Shown: positions 28,405-39,578 of the stretch, in pieces
Position numbering within the stretch: position 1 is the stretch's first letter
Layout of the letters: every line of letters starts with the position of its first letter
DNA from: Paenibacillaceae bacterium
Lineage (GTDB): Bacteria > Bacillota > Bacilli > Paenibacillales > UBA4045
Assembly (NCBI GenBank): GCA_040880185.1
Contig: JBBDIY010000083.1
Location: 1,961 to 65,960 of the forward strand
DNA length: 64,000 nt
Direction: 5' to 3'
The notes under the pieces: generated by a model
Seen by the model: the letters and a program-made list of their open reading frames with translations, nothing else
Told to the model about the DNA's origin: nothing
Databases searched by the model: none
Translations under genes and position numbers: made by a program

Positions 28405-29882
28405 GGTCGTAATAGAGTTAGCAAATAGGAGCTGTCTTCACTTGCAATATGTTTCAGCTTGAAGCTGGAGCCCGCCTGACCATTCGATGCGACGGTAGCC
28501 ACGATGGTTGATAATTCGGATCTCCGTTGGAACGGACTTTCCCCAAGCTTGAAGTATTGAATGCGATTTTTGGGGATATAGACGATCGTTCTTTCAACGA
28601 GCCGTGATCGCATGATGAACATGCGGTTACTCTCAACCCATGTCCATCCACTTTCCTTATATTTCACAAAACCCCATGCTGCTGACAACGGCACAAGAAG
28701 CAATGCCAGATACCCCCATGGGTCAAAAAAACAGAACGGAACCGATATCAACAATGCGATGAACGTATGTAGAGTCACATATTTGCGCATTGAACGTTGA
28801 GGTAGTCGGTTTAATATGTATTCAACTTGAAATTGCGGAATCATACTAGCAATGAAGTCCCCAAGTTCAGACTTCTTCAACAGTGGGAATAGTAGTGTCG
28901 ATTCGCCTTTACCCTTACCGTATCCTGCACTTTCCACGTACACCGACATCCATCCGAATGGTTGTCGCAAAGGGGATTCCACAACTCGGATCGCTTGGAT
29001 TCGGGTTAGTGGAATCGCAACTTGTCTCCGCTCCAATAATCCTCGGCTAATATGCAGCTTCTCCCCAGAAACACGAATCGTGAATCCATAATACTTCAGC
29101 ATCGTTCCCGCTATAGACAGCAGCCATGAGAACATGAATAAGGCTAAGATCGTGATGAAGATAGGGACATCGAACAGCCACTCCGTTATCAGACTTAGGA
29201 TGTGGTCATCTCCGAACAAATTGCCTGCTTGTGAGTAACCTGCTGCGAGGAAGGAAGCCATTACACCAATGCTGCCTGAAGTGATCGCCATAATGAACAA
29301 TCGTCCTCCGGATAGTCGATAGAAATGCCCTGCCGAGGCTGGAGTTGCCTCGACAACAGTCGTATTCACTTCTACTACACTCGGATTCACGGTCTCCCAG
29401 TCCACTTCTAAGATCTCTTCAGGCTGACCATCAGCCTGCCCCAACAATAACCACCGTAATTGTTCTGCATCCTTACGACTAACTGCCGACATAACAGCTT
29501 CTGGCCTCTGCCCGCCAGCCGTCTGCACCTGCAGCTTCACAACACCGAACAATCGTTGAAACAGTCCTTCAACCACATCGATGGTCTGAATCCGTGAATG
29601 GGCTATGTATTGTTTTCTACGGAACAAAACTCCCCGCTCGACCTTTAACACACCTTCTTCAACTACATACTGATACCGTAACCAAGATAGAATACCCCAG
29701 CCAATCGCAAGTCCGATTGCAGCAGGAATGCCTATTAACAACCAGATCAAATGCCCGAAATTTCCTTGCAAAAGGCTTGAGAAAATAAAGAGGAAAAAGG
29801 GCCATAAGGCATCTTTCAGAATTTTAAGCACATTAAAGAATATGGACAATGGATGTAGCCTCTTGCGTTCAGACATCTTCAC
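28401..29882 (-). CDS. ydbT: Bacterial PH-domain membrane protein, YdbT-like
   Basis: RLHP, repeated G..R...I...RIQ bPH_2 motifs; paired with ydbS. Confidence 0.85.
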   Translation of the reverse strand: MKMSERKRLHPLSIFFNVLKILKDALWPFFLFIFSSLLQGNFGHLIWLLIGIPAAIGLAIGWGILSWLRYQYVVEEGVLKVERGVLFRRKQYIAHSRIQTIDVVEGLFQRLFGVVKLQVQTAGGQRPEAVMSAVSRKDAEQLRWLLLGQADGQPEEILEVDWETVNPSVVEVNTTVVEATPASAGHFYRLSGGRLFIMAITSGSIGVMASFLAAGYSQAGNLFGDDHILSLITEWLFDVPIFITILALFMFSWLLSIAGTMLKYYGFTIRVSGEKLHISRGLLERRQVAIPLTRIQAIRVVESPLRQPFGWMSVYVESAGYGKGKGESTLLFPLLKKSELGDFIASMIPQFQVEYILNRLPQRSMRKYVTLHTFIALLISVPFCFFDPWGYLALLLVPLSAAWGFVKYKESGWTWVESNRMFIMRSRLVERTIVYIPKNRIQYFKLGESPFQRRSELSTIVATVASNGQAGSSFKLKHIASEDSSYLLTLLRP

Positions 29883-30348
29883 GGCTCACCCTCGCTAGTT
29901 CAGCGATCCTCTCTCTAGCCTGGTCAGCAGTATCCAGAGATAATCCCGGAATTTCATGATTACCCGCAGCCGTTGAGAATGTAATGGACGCCAAACCATA
30001 TTGTCTCAGTATGGGTCCTTGCGTCGTATCGACATGCTGAATGCGCACCATGGGAATTATTGTTCTACTTAAGAAAATAACCCCTTGCATTAATTCAATT
30101 TCGTGCTCATGAATATCATACCTCCACCGACGCCAGCGTAGCTTGGGGTACAGAAACACGAAGAATCCCGTATACGTTACTGCAAACGCGATAGCGATAA
30201 CAGACAAGTACCAAGGCAGATCAAAAATTATAGTAAGCACTGTCATTCCAATTGCAATTAAGCAGATCAGAGCTGAATGAATCATACCTACAATACTCCA
30301 TACTCTAAGTATGCGATCGTCCAATCGTTGGGAGGGTACATTTCGCAT
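29869..30348 (-). CDS. ydbS: Bacterial PH-domain membrane protein, YdbS-like
   Basis: IPMVRIQHVDTTQGPILR.YGLA, TAAG.HEIP.L. Confidence 0.88.
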   Translation of the reverse strand: MRNVPSQRLDDRILRVWSIVGMIHSALICLIAIGMTVLTIIFDLPWYLSVIAIAFAVTYTGFFVFLYPKLRWRRWRYDIHEHEIELMQGVIFLSRTIIPMVRIQHVDTTQGPILRQYGLASITFSTAAGNHEIPGLSLDTADQARERIAELARVSREDV

Positions 30349-30485
30349 GGTCTACCACCTCAATGGTTTGTCATTAGTGAATATTTTCCATTCTATCATA
30401 TACTTACTTCCGTTGTTGCAACAATACGTGGATGTACAACGTTTGATGGTGCAAGAGGGCAAAAATAGGACGGGTGACGCTGCAT

Positions 30486-30929
30486 ATGAGAAAAACGGTG
30501 TTATTGGCATTATGTATGCTTATAATAGGAACACAGATCGTGGGTTGCAGTTCGTTCGATACTAGGGTTAAGGGGAATGAGCTTTCCTATGTAAAGGATA
30601 AGCTTGAACTGGGGATGAGTAAAACGGAGGTGAAAGAGCGATTCGGTCGGTCTTATACGAATGTTGATGATGAGTTCGACGGCCATGAAATGTGGCGATT
30701 CGATTCGGTATCCGAGAAGGGATACATTGTTGTACAAGAAACAGATCATAAAGTGACCGTTCCATATGATCGTTCAGGCTTACTCTCGGGCAAGCTCATC
30801 TCACAGCTATTCATCGGTTGGACGGACGATAATCTAGTGAGGGATGTTACGGTTTATTATATCGAAGACGGTGAAATCCGCATTTATTACATCCTAAGCA
30901 GTGGACAGACTGGCGAGCTTAGTGTATAG
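30486..30929 (+). CDS. Hypothetical lipoprotein
   Basis: Signal peptide ending IVGC; L..GMSK.EV...FG motif. Confidence 0.65.
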   Translation: MRKTVLLALCMLIIGTQIVGCSSFDTRVKGNELSYVKDKLELGMSKTEVKERFGRSYTNVDDEFDGHEMWRFDSVSEKGYIVVQETDHKVTVPYDRSGLLSGKLISQLFIGWTDDNLVRDVTVYYIEDGEIRIYYILSSGQTGELSV

Positions 30930-30959
30930 CTTCAATATGCTTATGCAGCCGCATGTAAT

Positions 30960-32594
30960 CTACCATGTTGATCGTTCTACCTTATGGTTCCTTTCCTGAT
31001 ATTCACCCGGCGGTATTCCGTAGAATTGTTTAAATACATGGGAAAAATGCTTAACACTCACATACCCAACTTTATCAGATACATCGTAAATTTTCTCCTC
31101 ACTACTGGATTTAAGCAGCTTAGCTGCTTGCTCCATTCTGACCCTTGTCAAAAATTTGATATAAGATTCATTCACACTCTTATGGAATATATTACTTAAG
31201 TAGCTTACAGAAACACCAATTTGCTCTGCAATTAATCCCAAGCTGAGCGGCTCAGCATAGTGATCATAAATGTAGGCCTTCGCCCGCCTGACGATGGAAT
31301 TCTCATCCTCCCCCCCAGCTTCGTGTTGCACGAACATATGGACGATCGATATATATTGCTCGATGATCCGTTCTCTTCTCTCTTGTTGATCCCAACCTTC
31401 GTTATTCTGAAAATCACGCAGAACAAATAATGCTGTTTCATTGGCTTTCTTCGAACTATCACCAAGTGCATCAGCCAGACGAGAGACCAAACGATAACCG
31501 AACGAAACAATTCTAGAACCACAACACTCATTCAATTCCATTACGTCTAGCAAATTCTTGATACCCAGTGTATAGATGATTTCATTATTCTCCAGCACAC
31601 CGGAAGAAACCGAAGTCAGCGCATCGTCTATAGCTTGGATCTGCTTAAGCATGATGGATCGTTCATTCCATTCATATACGGAGCCGCCCCCTCCAACAAG
31701 TCGACATGGAAGCATTTGAGTCGCTTTTTGGTAAGAGTTATGCAATTGAAGTGCATCGTAGACGCAGCTGCCAACCGCACCAGTTACTGTGATTCCTGTA
31801 TTCTTGAACAGCACATTATTCACCTGTTCATGAAGCACACGACAACGAAGAAGAATTTCTTCCTCATCTTCACCTGTGATCAGAATGATTGTATACTCTT
31901 CTTCGTCGAACGACACACATTCCATGTTATCCATCTCTATAATCTCAGTGACTACCTGATAAAGAATATATTTGAACACGGATAGATCAGCGAGATATAC
32001 TGACTTTTGCAGCATTAAATCCTCATCCAATGCCAAGATCATAATAGCACCTTCAGATTCAATGAGACTTACCTTCATTCGGTATAATAACGGATACAAG
32101 GTTTTAACCTCTGCGCTGTTATCCATGGCTGCAGCACGAAAGAAATTACGAATGACTTGTTTCTTCGTATCCGCAGATAGATGCAGCATAGTAGCATGAG
32201 CTTGCTCAGCTTGTCTCTCCTTATCGAGAATCACGAACATACGTCGTAAACATTCTCTCAGTTCATCACGGACGATCGGTTTCAACAAGTACTCATTCAC
32301 ACCATATTGAATGGCTTGTTGGGCCATGGAGAATTCGTCATGGCCGGATAGAATAACTATCTTCACCGCTGGATACTGAATGGAAACTTGACGGCACAAC
32401 TCCAAACCATCCATGATCGGCATCTTAATGTCGGTGATAATCAAGTCAAAGGATAACCATTGTAAGATCTCCAAAGCTTCTTGACCATCCATAGCCTCTC
32501 CCTCAACGACCCACTGTGGATCTAACAAGGGAATTTGTACCTTCAGATAGGTTCTGGTCAACGGTTCATCGTCGATCACCATAATTCTGTACAT
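30960..32594 (-). CDS. Two-component response regulator with AraC-type output (YesN-like)
   Basis: DDE, TDIKMP, YLLKP receiver; C-terminal AraC HTH. Confidence 0.93.
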   Translation of the reverse strand: MYRIMVIDDEPLTRTYLKVQIPLLDPQWVVEGEAMDGQEALEILQWLSFDLIITDIKMPIMDGLELCRQVSIQYPAVKIVILSGHDEFSMAQQAIQYGVNEYLLKPIVRDELRECLRRMFVILDKERQAEQAHATMLHLSADTKKQVIRNFFRAAAMDNSAEVKTLYPLLYRMKVSLIESEGAIMILALDEDLMLQKSVYLADLSVFKYILYQVVTEIIEMDNMECVSFDEEEYTIILITGEDEEEILLRCRVLHEQVNNVLFKNTGITVTGAVGSCVYDALQLHNSYQKATQMLPCRLVGGGGSVYEWNERSIMLKQIQAIDDALTSVSSGVLENNEIIYTLGIKNLLDVMELNECCGSRIVSFGYRLVSRLADALGDSSKKANETALFVLRDFQNNEGWDQQERRERIIEQYISIVHMFVQHEAGGEDENSIVRRAKAYIYDHYAEPLSLGLIAEQIGVSVSYLSNIFHKSVNESYIKFLTRVRMEQAAKLLKSSSEEKIYDVSDKVGYVSVKHFSHVFKQFYGIPPGEYQERNHKVERSTW

Positions 32595-32600
32595 GATTTA

Positions 32601-34436
32601 TCACTCCTGTTCTGAATTGTAAGGTAGGGTGACAGTCACTTGGGTACCCTTACCTTGTTGGCTTTCCACTTCTATCCCATAAGGGTCTCCATACCTTAAT
32701 TGAATTCTGCGATGAACGTTAACTAGCCCAATGCCCGTACCACTACTTGAATAGGAGGTACGATCTACTATATGAATAATACTCTGATTCATGTACGCAG
32801 ACTGTTCTAATCTGTTCTGCAGCTGCTTCAATGTATGTGTATCCATGCCTTGACCATCATCTATGATTCGGAATGTTATAGCTTGATTACCAATTTGACC
32901 GATTACTTGAATGGTTGTGAGGTCTCGTTTCGTTTCGCAACCGTGTACAACTGCGTTCTCTACGATAGGCTGTAACAGCAATGCTGGGATCAGACATGAA
33001 CGTAGCTTAGGGTCAATGCTGATCACATATTCCAATCTACCTTCGTATCGGCTGCTCTGTATGCTTAAATAGGCATTCAACAATTCCAGCTCACGCTGCA
33101 ATGAAATTTCTCGATCCCAATCGGTCATGCTACGTAGAATACTACTCAGCTTCTCGATATGGTCAATCGCACGATCCTGCTTCCCAGACTGCATCGATAA
33201 GCTGATCATATTAAGTGTATTGAATATAAAATGTGGCCGAATCTGATTGAATAAGGTCCGAATTTGTGCTTCCTTCTGTAGCAATTGCGCTTCATATACT
33301 TCCTTCACTAACGAGGTATTCGTATTCAGCATATCGCTGATTTTGATTACCAATGCGTTAAAGGATGTACCCAGATAACCAATTTCATCAGAACGTTGAT
33401 TGGGAAAACGGACTTTCAGATTTCCACGTTCCACATCCTTCATCAGCTTAACAATAGCTAGAAGAGGATTCATCACTTTCTTGACGAAGAAATAAAGTAC
33501 GCCTATCGCTAGAAAGGAACAGATGATCGCCATCAGGAATGCAATATTACGCGTATGAGATGCATCCTTATTCAGTTCCTTGAAGGAATGAATCGCAACA
33601 ATGGTCCAACCGAATCGGGGTAAATCTGCACGATTGACCAGATATTCATTCTGTTCGGTCTGTGCAGTTAATCTACTTGCTAATGGATTGGTTAATTGCG
33701 CCAATGCAGCTTGGTGCTTCTTATTATTCTTGGTTGAGGAGTAGATCACTCGATCACTCTCGTCCAGAATATACAATCCTCCATCGATTCCCATATCTAC
33801 TCTGCTTGCAATATCTTCAATACCCTTATAATTGGCATCAACCTTTATCACACCAAGAATGTCTTGGGTATTCTGAGTGCTGCGAATTTGTTTGACAATC
33901 GAGAACAGTTGCACATCACGTATGCCAGACTCAGTTTGTCGATCCGTTGGGACATAGATTTGATCCTGAGTTTTCAATGCGGCCTGAAACCAATCATATT
34001 GACGGTAATCCTCAATTCCTAGCGAACCCGGATTTATTCTTCCACTATAGTAAATATCATCAGTTAGGATCATGACTCCCCATATGTCCCTCCGTGGGAT
34101 AATCATCATATCGTCGAGAAATTGTTCAACCATCCATCGTTTTTCCAGCTGTCGGATTTCCGATTCCTGCTCGGAGCGATCAAGTGCTTTCATCACTGCA
34201 TCATTCCGATATGGCGATAAAGATAATCGGAACAAATCATCCAGATAAGTATCGATATTAATAGAAACCTGATCGATGATCTGATCGATTCGGTCGGACG
34301 ATTGTTTACTGAAATCACGTGTATATTGCATATAAGATAAAACTGATACAAGAAAGACAGAGCAGAGAATTAATCCCGCAGTCATGATAAGCAGCTTTAG
34401 CTTGATGCTCCATTCAACGAATGCACGAATTTTCAT
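32601..34436 (-). CDS. Sensor histidine kinase (YesM-like, Cache/HAMP)
   Basis: QIRPHFIFNTL, LQPIVENA, DDGQG, GIGL.NV; start ATG 34436. Confidence 0.93.
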   Translation of the reverse strand: MKIRAFVEWSIKLKLLIMTAGLILCSVFLVSVLSYMQYTRDFSKQSSDRIDQIIDQVSINIDTYLDDLFRLSLSPYRNDAVMKALDRSEQESEIRQLEKRWMVEQFLDDMMIIPRRDIWGVMILTDDIYYSGRINPGSLGIEDYRQYDWFQAALKTQDQIYVPTDRQTESGIRDVQLFSIVKQIRSTQNTQDILGVIKVDANYKGIEDIASRVDMGIDGGLYILDESDRVIYSSTKNNKKHQAALAQLTNPLASRLTAQTEQNEYLVNRADLPRFGWTIVAIHSFKELNKDASHTRNIAFLMAIICSFLAIGVLYFFVKKVMNPLLAIVKLMKDVERGNLKVRFPNQRSDEIGYLGTSFNALVIKISDMLNTNTSLVKEVYEAQLLQKEAQIRTLFNQIRPHFIFNTLNMISLSMQSGKQDRAIDHIEKLSSILRSMTDWDREISLQRELELLNAYLSIQSSRYEGRLEYVISIDPKLRSCLIPALLLQPIVENAVVHGCETKRDLTTIQVIGQIGNQAITFRIIDDGQGMDTHTLKQLQNRLEQSAYMNQSIIHIVDRTSYSSSGTGIGLVNVHRRIQLRYGDPYGIEVESQQGKGTQVTVTLPYNSEQE

Positions 34437-34595
34437 AATAAGACCTCCGCCTCTCAACCCCAATATAGCAGAGCGTCCGTTCAAGGAACAGTACAAATCA
34501 GGAAAGTGTAAAAACCCGCACCAAAATCATAGAAAAGCGGTATTTCAGCTTCGTACTGACTCCAGTACGATAGAGGTGTCGACAAATTAAACTCT

Positions 34596-34665
34596 AAAAC
34601 TTAGCTTATGCTCACGAAGTAGTTTTATCGACCACTTGCGTGGTCAACAAAAACTTTTAGGAGGA
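34596..34665 (+). repeat. Dispersed 5'-UTR module related to 20592-20667, ending in RBS
   Basis: aaaacttagcttatgctcacgaagtagtttt (2 mismatches to 20592-20622) ... aaaaacttttaggagga. Confidence 0.85.
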
Positions 34666-34672
34666 ACCACAA

Positions 34673-36025
34673 GTGATCAAAAAAGGGGTAACATTGCTTT
34701 TATGCTTCATATTCATTTTAGGATTAGCTGCCGGTTGTGGGAATAATTCAGACAATAACGCAACAAACAACACCGGAGCAACGGATGTAGCAACTACAAA
34801 CAAAGAACCGAAGCCAGAACCGAACAAGGACCCTGTTAAGCTGAAGTTCTTCACAGGAAAGATAGAAACCGTAGATTTCATGAATGATCTGATCGCAAAG
34901 TTTAACGAGCAGAATCCAGGAATTATCGTGGAGCAAGAATATCAGAAGGAAGCAAGCAATGTGATCAAGGTCAAATTCGCTTCCGGTGATGTTCCAGATA
35001 TTACAACCGTATCCGAGCAAGATTATATTGATCAAGGCAAATATCTCGACCTCTCGAATGAAGCATTCTGGAGCAGGGTGCTGCCATCCATCAAGGAATT
35101 ATCTACAGATATTAAGACTGGCAAACAATTTCGAGTTGCGACGAACGTAACCACAGCGGGTATTTTCTATAATAAGAAAATATTTGCCGAACTTGGACTG
35201 AAGGAAGCACTGACGTGGGCTGATTTCCGAGCTAACCTCGATGCCATTAAAGCGCAGAAGCCTGATGTGGTACCGATGTTCTTAGCTGGTAAGGAGGCTT
35301 GGACACTCAATCACCTCATTGAATTCATGGCCCATGGCGTCATTAAGCAAGAATATGGCGTATACGATTCTCGCAAAGCGCTAATTAACAATGAGAGTGA
35401 CAAGCTGAAATTCGATGCTCCAGGCGGCAGTATGGATACATTCGCAATGAGAATACTAGAGCTGCAAAAAGCTGGCTTGTTCAACAAAGATGCAGTCACG
35501 GCTACCTACGATAATCAGAAGGAAGCATTCGCTACGGGCAAAGCAGCGATTATCAGCCAAGGGATTTGGGTGCTTGGCGACCTACTGACCATCAATCCGG
35601 ATTTGGCGAATGATATTGGTTTTAGCCCATTTCCTCCAATCATAGAAGGTACTCAGCCAACAATAATCTCTGCTGACGACTCCCGATACGCTATCACTTC
35701 CGAATCGAAGTATCCTGAGGAATCTAAGAAATTTCTAAAGTTCTTGTTCACTGTAGAGAATTTAAAAGCATACAGTGAATTCACGAAGACCGCACCGGCC
35801 TTCACGGATGTTACAGCGGATTGGGGTCCTCTAAAGGATCAGGTTACAGCAGCACTCAGCACTGGTGTGAACATTGCATTCAGCGATGTTCCATCAGGAT
35901 TCTCAGGCGATGATGCAGGACGTATGGTCCAAGAATTATTAGTTGGCAAGTACAAGGAGTCGATCGACTTTGCCAAGGCTTATCGTGAAACATGGGATAA
36001 AGCTTGGAACGCAACAAACAAATAA
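34673..36025 (+). CDS. Carbohydrate ABC transporter substrate-binding lipoprotein
   Basis: Lipobox AAGC; GIFYNK.IF, F.TGKAA. Confidence 0.9.
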   Translation: MIKKGVTLLLCFIFILGLAAGCGNNSDNNATNNTGATDVATTNKEPKPEPNKDPVKLKFFTGKIETVDFMNDLIAKFNEQNPGIIVEQEYQKEASNVIKVKFASGDVPDITTVSEQDYIDQGKYLDLSNEAFWSRVLPSIKELSTDIKTGKQFRVATNVTTAGIFYNKKIFAELGLKEALTWADFRANLDAIKAQKPDVVPMFLAGKEAWTLNHLIEFMAHGVIKQEYGVYDSRKALINNESDKLKFDAPGGSMDTFAMRILELQKAGLFNKDAVTATYDNQKEAFATGKAAIISQGIWVLGDLLTINPDLANDIGFSPFPPIIEGTQPTIISADDSRYAITSESKYPEESKKFLKFLFTVENLKAYSEFTKTAPAFTDVTADWGPLKDQVTAALSTGVNIAFSDVPSGFSGDDAGRMVQELLVGKYKESIDFAKAYRETWDKAWNATNK

Positions 36026-36127
36026 AACTTTACTGATCATATCAACGAGATAAAGGAAAGGTACATCATAAAGGGCTGTAGATTTATCTTGATCAATCTA
36101 CAGCCCTCTTATTGGGGAGAGGTCATA

Positions 36128-37009
36128 ATGTTCCTATTACACAAACTGAACACCAATCTGCATCGCGTCATGGCCATACCTGCGATTGTGCTGTTCGCGT
36201 TGTTCTTTATATATCCTCTGACTCAGGGTATTGGTATCAGTCTGACGGATTCCAATGGTGTTACAGCCCCTAGCTTCGTCGGATTTCAGAATTTTATCGA
36301 TTTCTTCCAAGATGATCGCGCCAAGACTGATGTGTACAATACGGTATTCTTCGCTTTGGGGAGTGCACCGCTTTTGAATATTCTCGGCTTAATGTACGCG
36401 TTGTTGCTCGATCGTCCATATCGAGGTAAAGGCATCGTTCGAGCTATTGTATATTTACCTGCGGTCATCAGTCCTTTGATCATGGGTTATATCTGGTATT
36501 TCATCCTCCAGCCTCAGCGAGGATTCCTCTACCATGTGTTCGATTTATTTCATCTACAAGCGATGGATGGTAATTGGTTGGGTGATAGTTCAACTGCATT
36601 GAAGGTTATTATTCTAGTCAACGTATGGCAATTCGTCGGTATGACGATGATTATTTACTTGGCTGGCTTACAATCTATTCCTCAGGAAATCTATGAAGCT
36701 AGTCGAATCGATGGGGCTGGTTATTATACCACATTAAGATATATAACGCTTCCGCTGCTCTACCCTTCCATTCAGATTAATGTGGTGACGAATATTATCG
36801 GTTCCTTATCTGTATTCGAGGTGATTATTGCTTTGACAGAAGGCGGACCGGGTTATAGTACGGAATCGTTAAGTATATATATTCTTCGAATGCTGTATGG
36901 TAGCTTTACCGGTTACTCAACCGCAGTAGCACTTATTCTGTTCGTAATGATTATCGTACCGGTTTTGCTCTTCTTAAAGCTGACCCGCAAGCATGAGATC
37001 GAGATGTGA
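36128..37009 (+). CDS. Carbohydrate ABC transporter permease
   Basis: YLAGLQSIP.EIYEA..IDGA EAA loop. Confidence 0.93.
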   Translation: MFLLHKLNTNLHRVMAIPAIVLFALFFIYPLTQGIGISLTDSNGVTAPSFVGFQNFIDFFQDDRAKTDVYNTVFFALGSAPLLNILGLMYALLLDRPYRGKGIVRAIVYLPAVISPLIMGYIWYFILQPQRGFLYHVFDLFHLQAMDGNWLGDSSTALKVIILVNVWQFVGMTMIIYLAGLQSIPQEIYEASRIDGAGYYTTLRYITLPLLYPSIQINVVTNIIGSLSVFEVIIALTEGGPGYSTESLSIYILRMLYGSFTGYSTAVALILFVMIIVPVLLFLKLTRKHEIEM

Positions 37010-37027
37010 AGAGGAGTTGAGTTAGAT

Positions 37028-37840
37028 ATGAAGAAAGTTTCCTGGTACACATTCGTAATATTGATCAGCCTAGTCTCTTTAGTACCTTTCTACGTCTTGT
37101 TATTCCTGTCATTAAAGTCACCCACACTTACATTCTTCGAGGGTTTCTCCCCACTCCCTGATTTTCGTTTTCTCAACTTCTCTGAGGCTTGGGTATCGGC
37201 CCAAATCGGTCGCGCCATTATCAATTCATTCATCATCACTATTGGGGCAGTTCTAATCATCGTCTTCTTTTCCAGCTCAGCAGGTTATGCGATTGCTAGG
37301 TTCTCCAACCGGATGAACAAGATTATCTTCTATACCTTCCTTGTCTGTATGATGATTCCCGCTATCATTATTACTGTTCCACTCTATTCCTTAATGAAGA
37401 CTATTGGTGGAATCAATACACACTGGGCTATGGTGTTGCTGACTGCATCAACTTCACTACCCTTTGCTGTATTCCTGTACACCAACTTCATCCGCACGCT
37501 CCCCAAGGAAATAGAGGAATCAGCGATTATTGATGGCTGTACGTACTTCTCTGCCTTCTGGAGAGTGACCTTCCATTTCTTGAAGCCGGTCACCTCTGCG
37601 GTCATTATCCTGACAGGACTCGGGATCTGGAACAACTATGGTCAGGCTGTATTCTTCCTGCAGAGCCAAGAGATGCAGACCGTCCCGCTCGCGGTATCGA
37701 TGTTCTTCCAGAAGTATGGTGCTCAGTGGAATCTGATGGCTGCTGCGGCTATGATCGGACTCGGACCTGCTGTAATTGCATTCCTCATTTTCCAAAGATA
37801 TTTCATTAAAGGTATAACGGCCGGCGCATTGAAAGGATGA
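37028..37840 (+). CDS. Carbohydrate ABC transporter permease
   Basis: P.EIEESA.IDG; FQRYFIKGITAGALKG. Confidence 0.93.
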   Translation: MKKVSWYTFVILISLVSLVPFYVLLFLSLKSPTLTFFEGFSPLPDFRFLNFSEAWVSAQIGRAIINSFIITIGAVLIIVFFSSSAGYAIARFSNRMNKIIFYTFLVCMMIPAIIITVPLYSLMKTIGGINTHWAMVLLTASTSLPFAVFLYTNFIRTLPKEIEESAIIDGCTYFSAFWRVTFHFLKPVTSAVIILTGLGIWNNYGQAVFFLQSQEMQTVPLAVSMFFQKYGAQWNLMAAAAMIGLGPAVIAFLIFQRYFIKGITAGALKG

Positions 37841-37847
37841 AACTCAC

Positions 37848-39578
37848 ATGCAAGCACAAATTATAGATGTATATCCAACCAAGGCACAATTTATATCCGG
37901 TGAAGAGATCAACATTATAATCGAGCTTGAGTATACATCTCAACAACCCATCGATGGCATGCGATATGAAGCTGATCTTGTATTCGGGGATCAAGTAATT
38001 GCAACGAATGGTGCTCATTTTGAGTTAGCCACTGAACTTAAGAAACAGATATTGGTCGTTTTCCCCCCATATGAAGCGATATTCGACGGTCTAGGAGTAG
38101 ATGTAAGATTGTATATCGGTGACCATTGCATCCCATTTTCCAGTGCATTAGATGTTGTATCCGATTATCGCAGATCGATGCGTTATGGCTTTCTCAGTGA
38201 CTTTTATGAAGGTGATATCGGTGATCTTAAGGATCTGGAGTCTCTGAACAAGCTTCATCTGAATATGGTCCAATTCTATGACTGGATGTATAGACATGAT
38301 GAGCTTCTTCCGCCAACTGACGAATTCACCGATCTCATGGGCCGTACCATAAGACTAGATGCCGTCAGGGAGAAGATAACCGCCTGTCACCAATTCGGGA
38401 TGAAAGCTGTGGCTTATGGTGCCGTATATGCAGCTAGTAGACAATTCTATGAGCAGCATCCTGATTGGGCCCTGTACAATAGTGCTGGAGATGTTGTGGA
38501 CTTTATTGGGATTTTCCGTATTATGAACATCGAAGAACGATCACCCTGGCATCAACACATCATCGATCAATATCGTCGTGCCATTGTACAGTTGGATTTC
38601 GACGGCATTCATATGGATACATATGGATTCCCAAAAACGGGATTTTCCCGTTTGGACGGCAACAGAGCATATATACGTCTGGAGCAACATTTCCCAAAGC
38701 TTATTAACAACACCCGGACAGCACTATCATCTGTCAAAGATGAGATAATCCTCATTTTCAACAATGTAGGTAATTGGCCCGTTGAGGCTACAGCTCCAGC
38801 CAATCAAGACGCCATCTATATAGAAGTTTGGAAGCCCTATGAACGCTACCATCATCTGAGAGAGCTGATTCGTTGGGCGAAGAATTGGGGACCAGGCAAG
38901 CCCGTTATTCTGGCAGCTTACTTAAGCCCATTCCGTGAGGAGCCTCTAGAACGGACACATCTAGCTGAAACTTCTGCATTGTTGGTTACAGCAGTAATCG
39001 TGTCCGGCGGAGGATATCATCTGTTACATGGGGAGAAAAACGGTGTGCTCACACAAGGATATTATGTCGACTATTCACAGATTAGTAACAGCTTCATGCG
39101 AGAAATCCGCAATTATTATGATTTCATGATTCGATATGCAAACTTCTTCTATGATGATACTTATCAGGATGTGAGCATGACCCATGCAGATGGAGATAAT
39201 CTGGAATATATATTTGAGGGTTATAACTATAGCATGTATGGTGAGCCGGATAAGGTATGGATTACCATCAAAGAGAACCGCGAGTTTCGCACGATAAACT
39301 TTATTAATCTGATAGGTATAACGAATGATACGTGGAATGAGGGAAAAGAAAGACCTTCAATGATCGGTCCGCTTACGATGAAGATGCAGGTCGACCAAGA
39401 GGTAACTACCGTTTATTATGCATCTCCTGATCAGAACATGGGTCGACCACAGCATCTCCCTTATTTGATTGAAAATGGTGAACGGGGGAAAGTACTTATT
39501 GTGGAGATTCCTGAAATCTTTATATGGAGCTTATTGGTTGTTCGATTGACAAGTTATGTGAAATACACACGCACCTGA
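37848..39578 (+). CDS. Glycoside hydrolase family 66 (dextranase/CITase family), no signal peptide
   Basis: RYGFLS, QFYDWMYRH, DGIHMDTYG, YIEVW motifs. Confidence 0.82.
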   Translation: MQAQIIDVYPTKAQFISGEEINIIIELEYTSQQPIDGMRYEADLVFGDQVIATNGAHFELATELKKQILVVFPPYEAIFDGLGVDVRLYIGDHCIPFSSALDVVSDYRRSMRYGFLSDFYEGDIGDLKDLESLNKLHLNMVQFYDWMYRHDELLPPTDEFTDLMGRTIRLDAVREKITACHQFGMKAVAYGAVYAASRQFYEQHPDWALYNSAGDVVDFIGIFRIMNIEERSPWHQHIIDQYRRAIVQLDFDGIHMDTYGFPKTGFSRLDGNRAYIRLEQHFPKLINNTRTALSSVKDEIILIFNNVGNWPVEATAPANQDAIYIEVWKPYERYHHLRELIRWAKNWGPGKPVILAAYLSPFREEPLERTHLAETSALLVTAVIVSGGGYHLLHGEKNGVLTQGYYVDYSQISNSFMREIRNYYDFMIRYANFFYDDTYQDVSMTHADGDNLEYIFEGYNYSMYGEPDKVWITIKENREFRTINFINLIGITNDTWNEGKERPSMIGPLTMKMQVDQEVTTVYYASPDQNMGRPQHLPYLIENGERGKVLIVEIPEIFIWSLLVVRLTSYVKYTRT

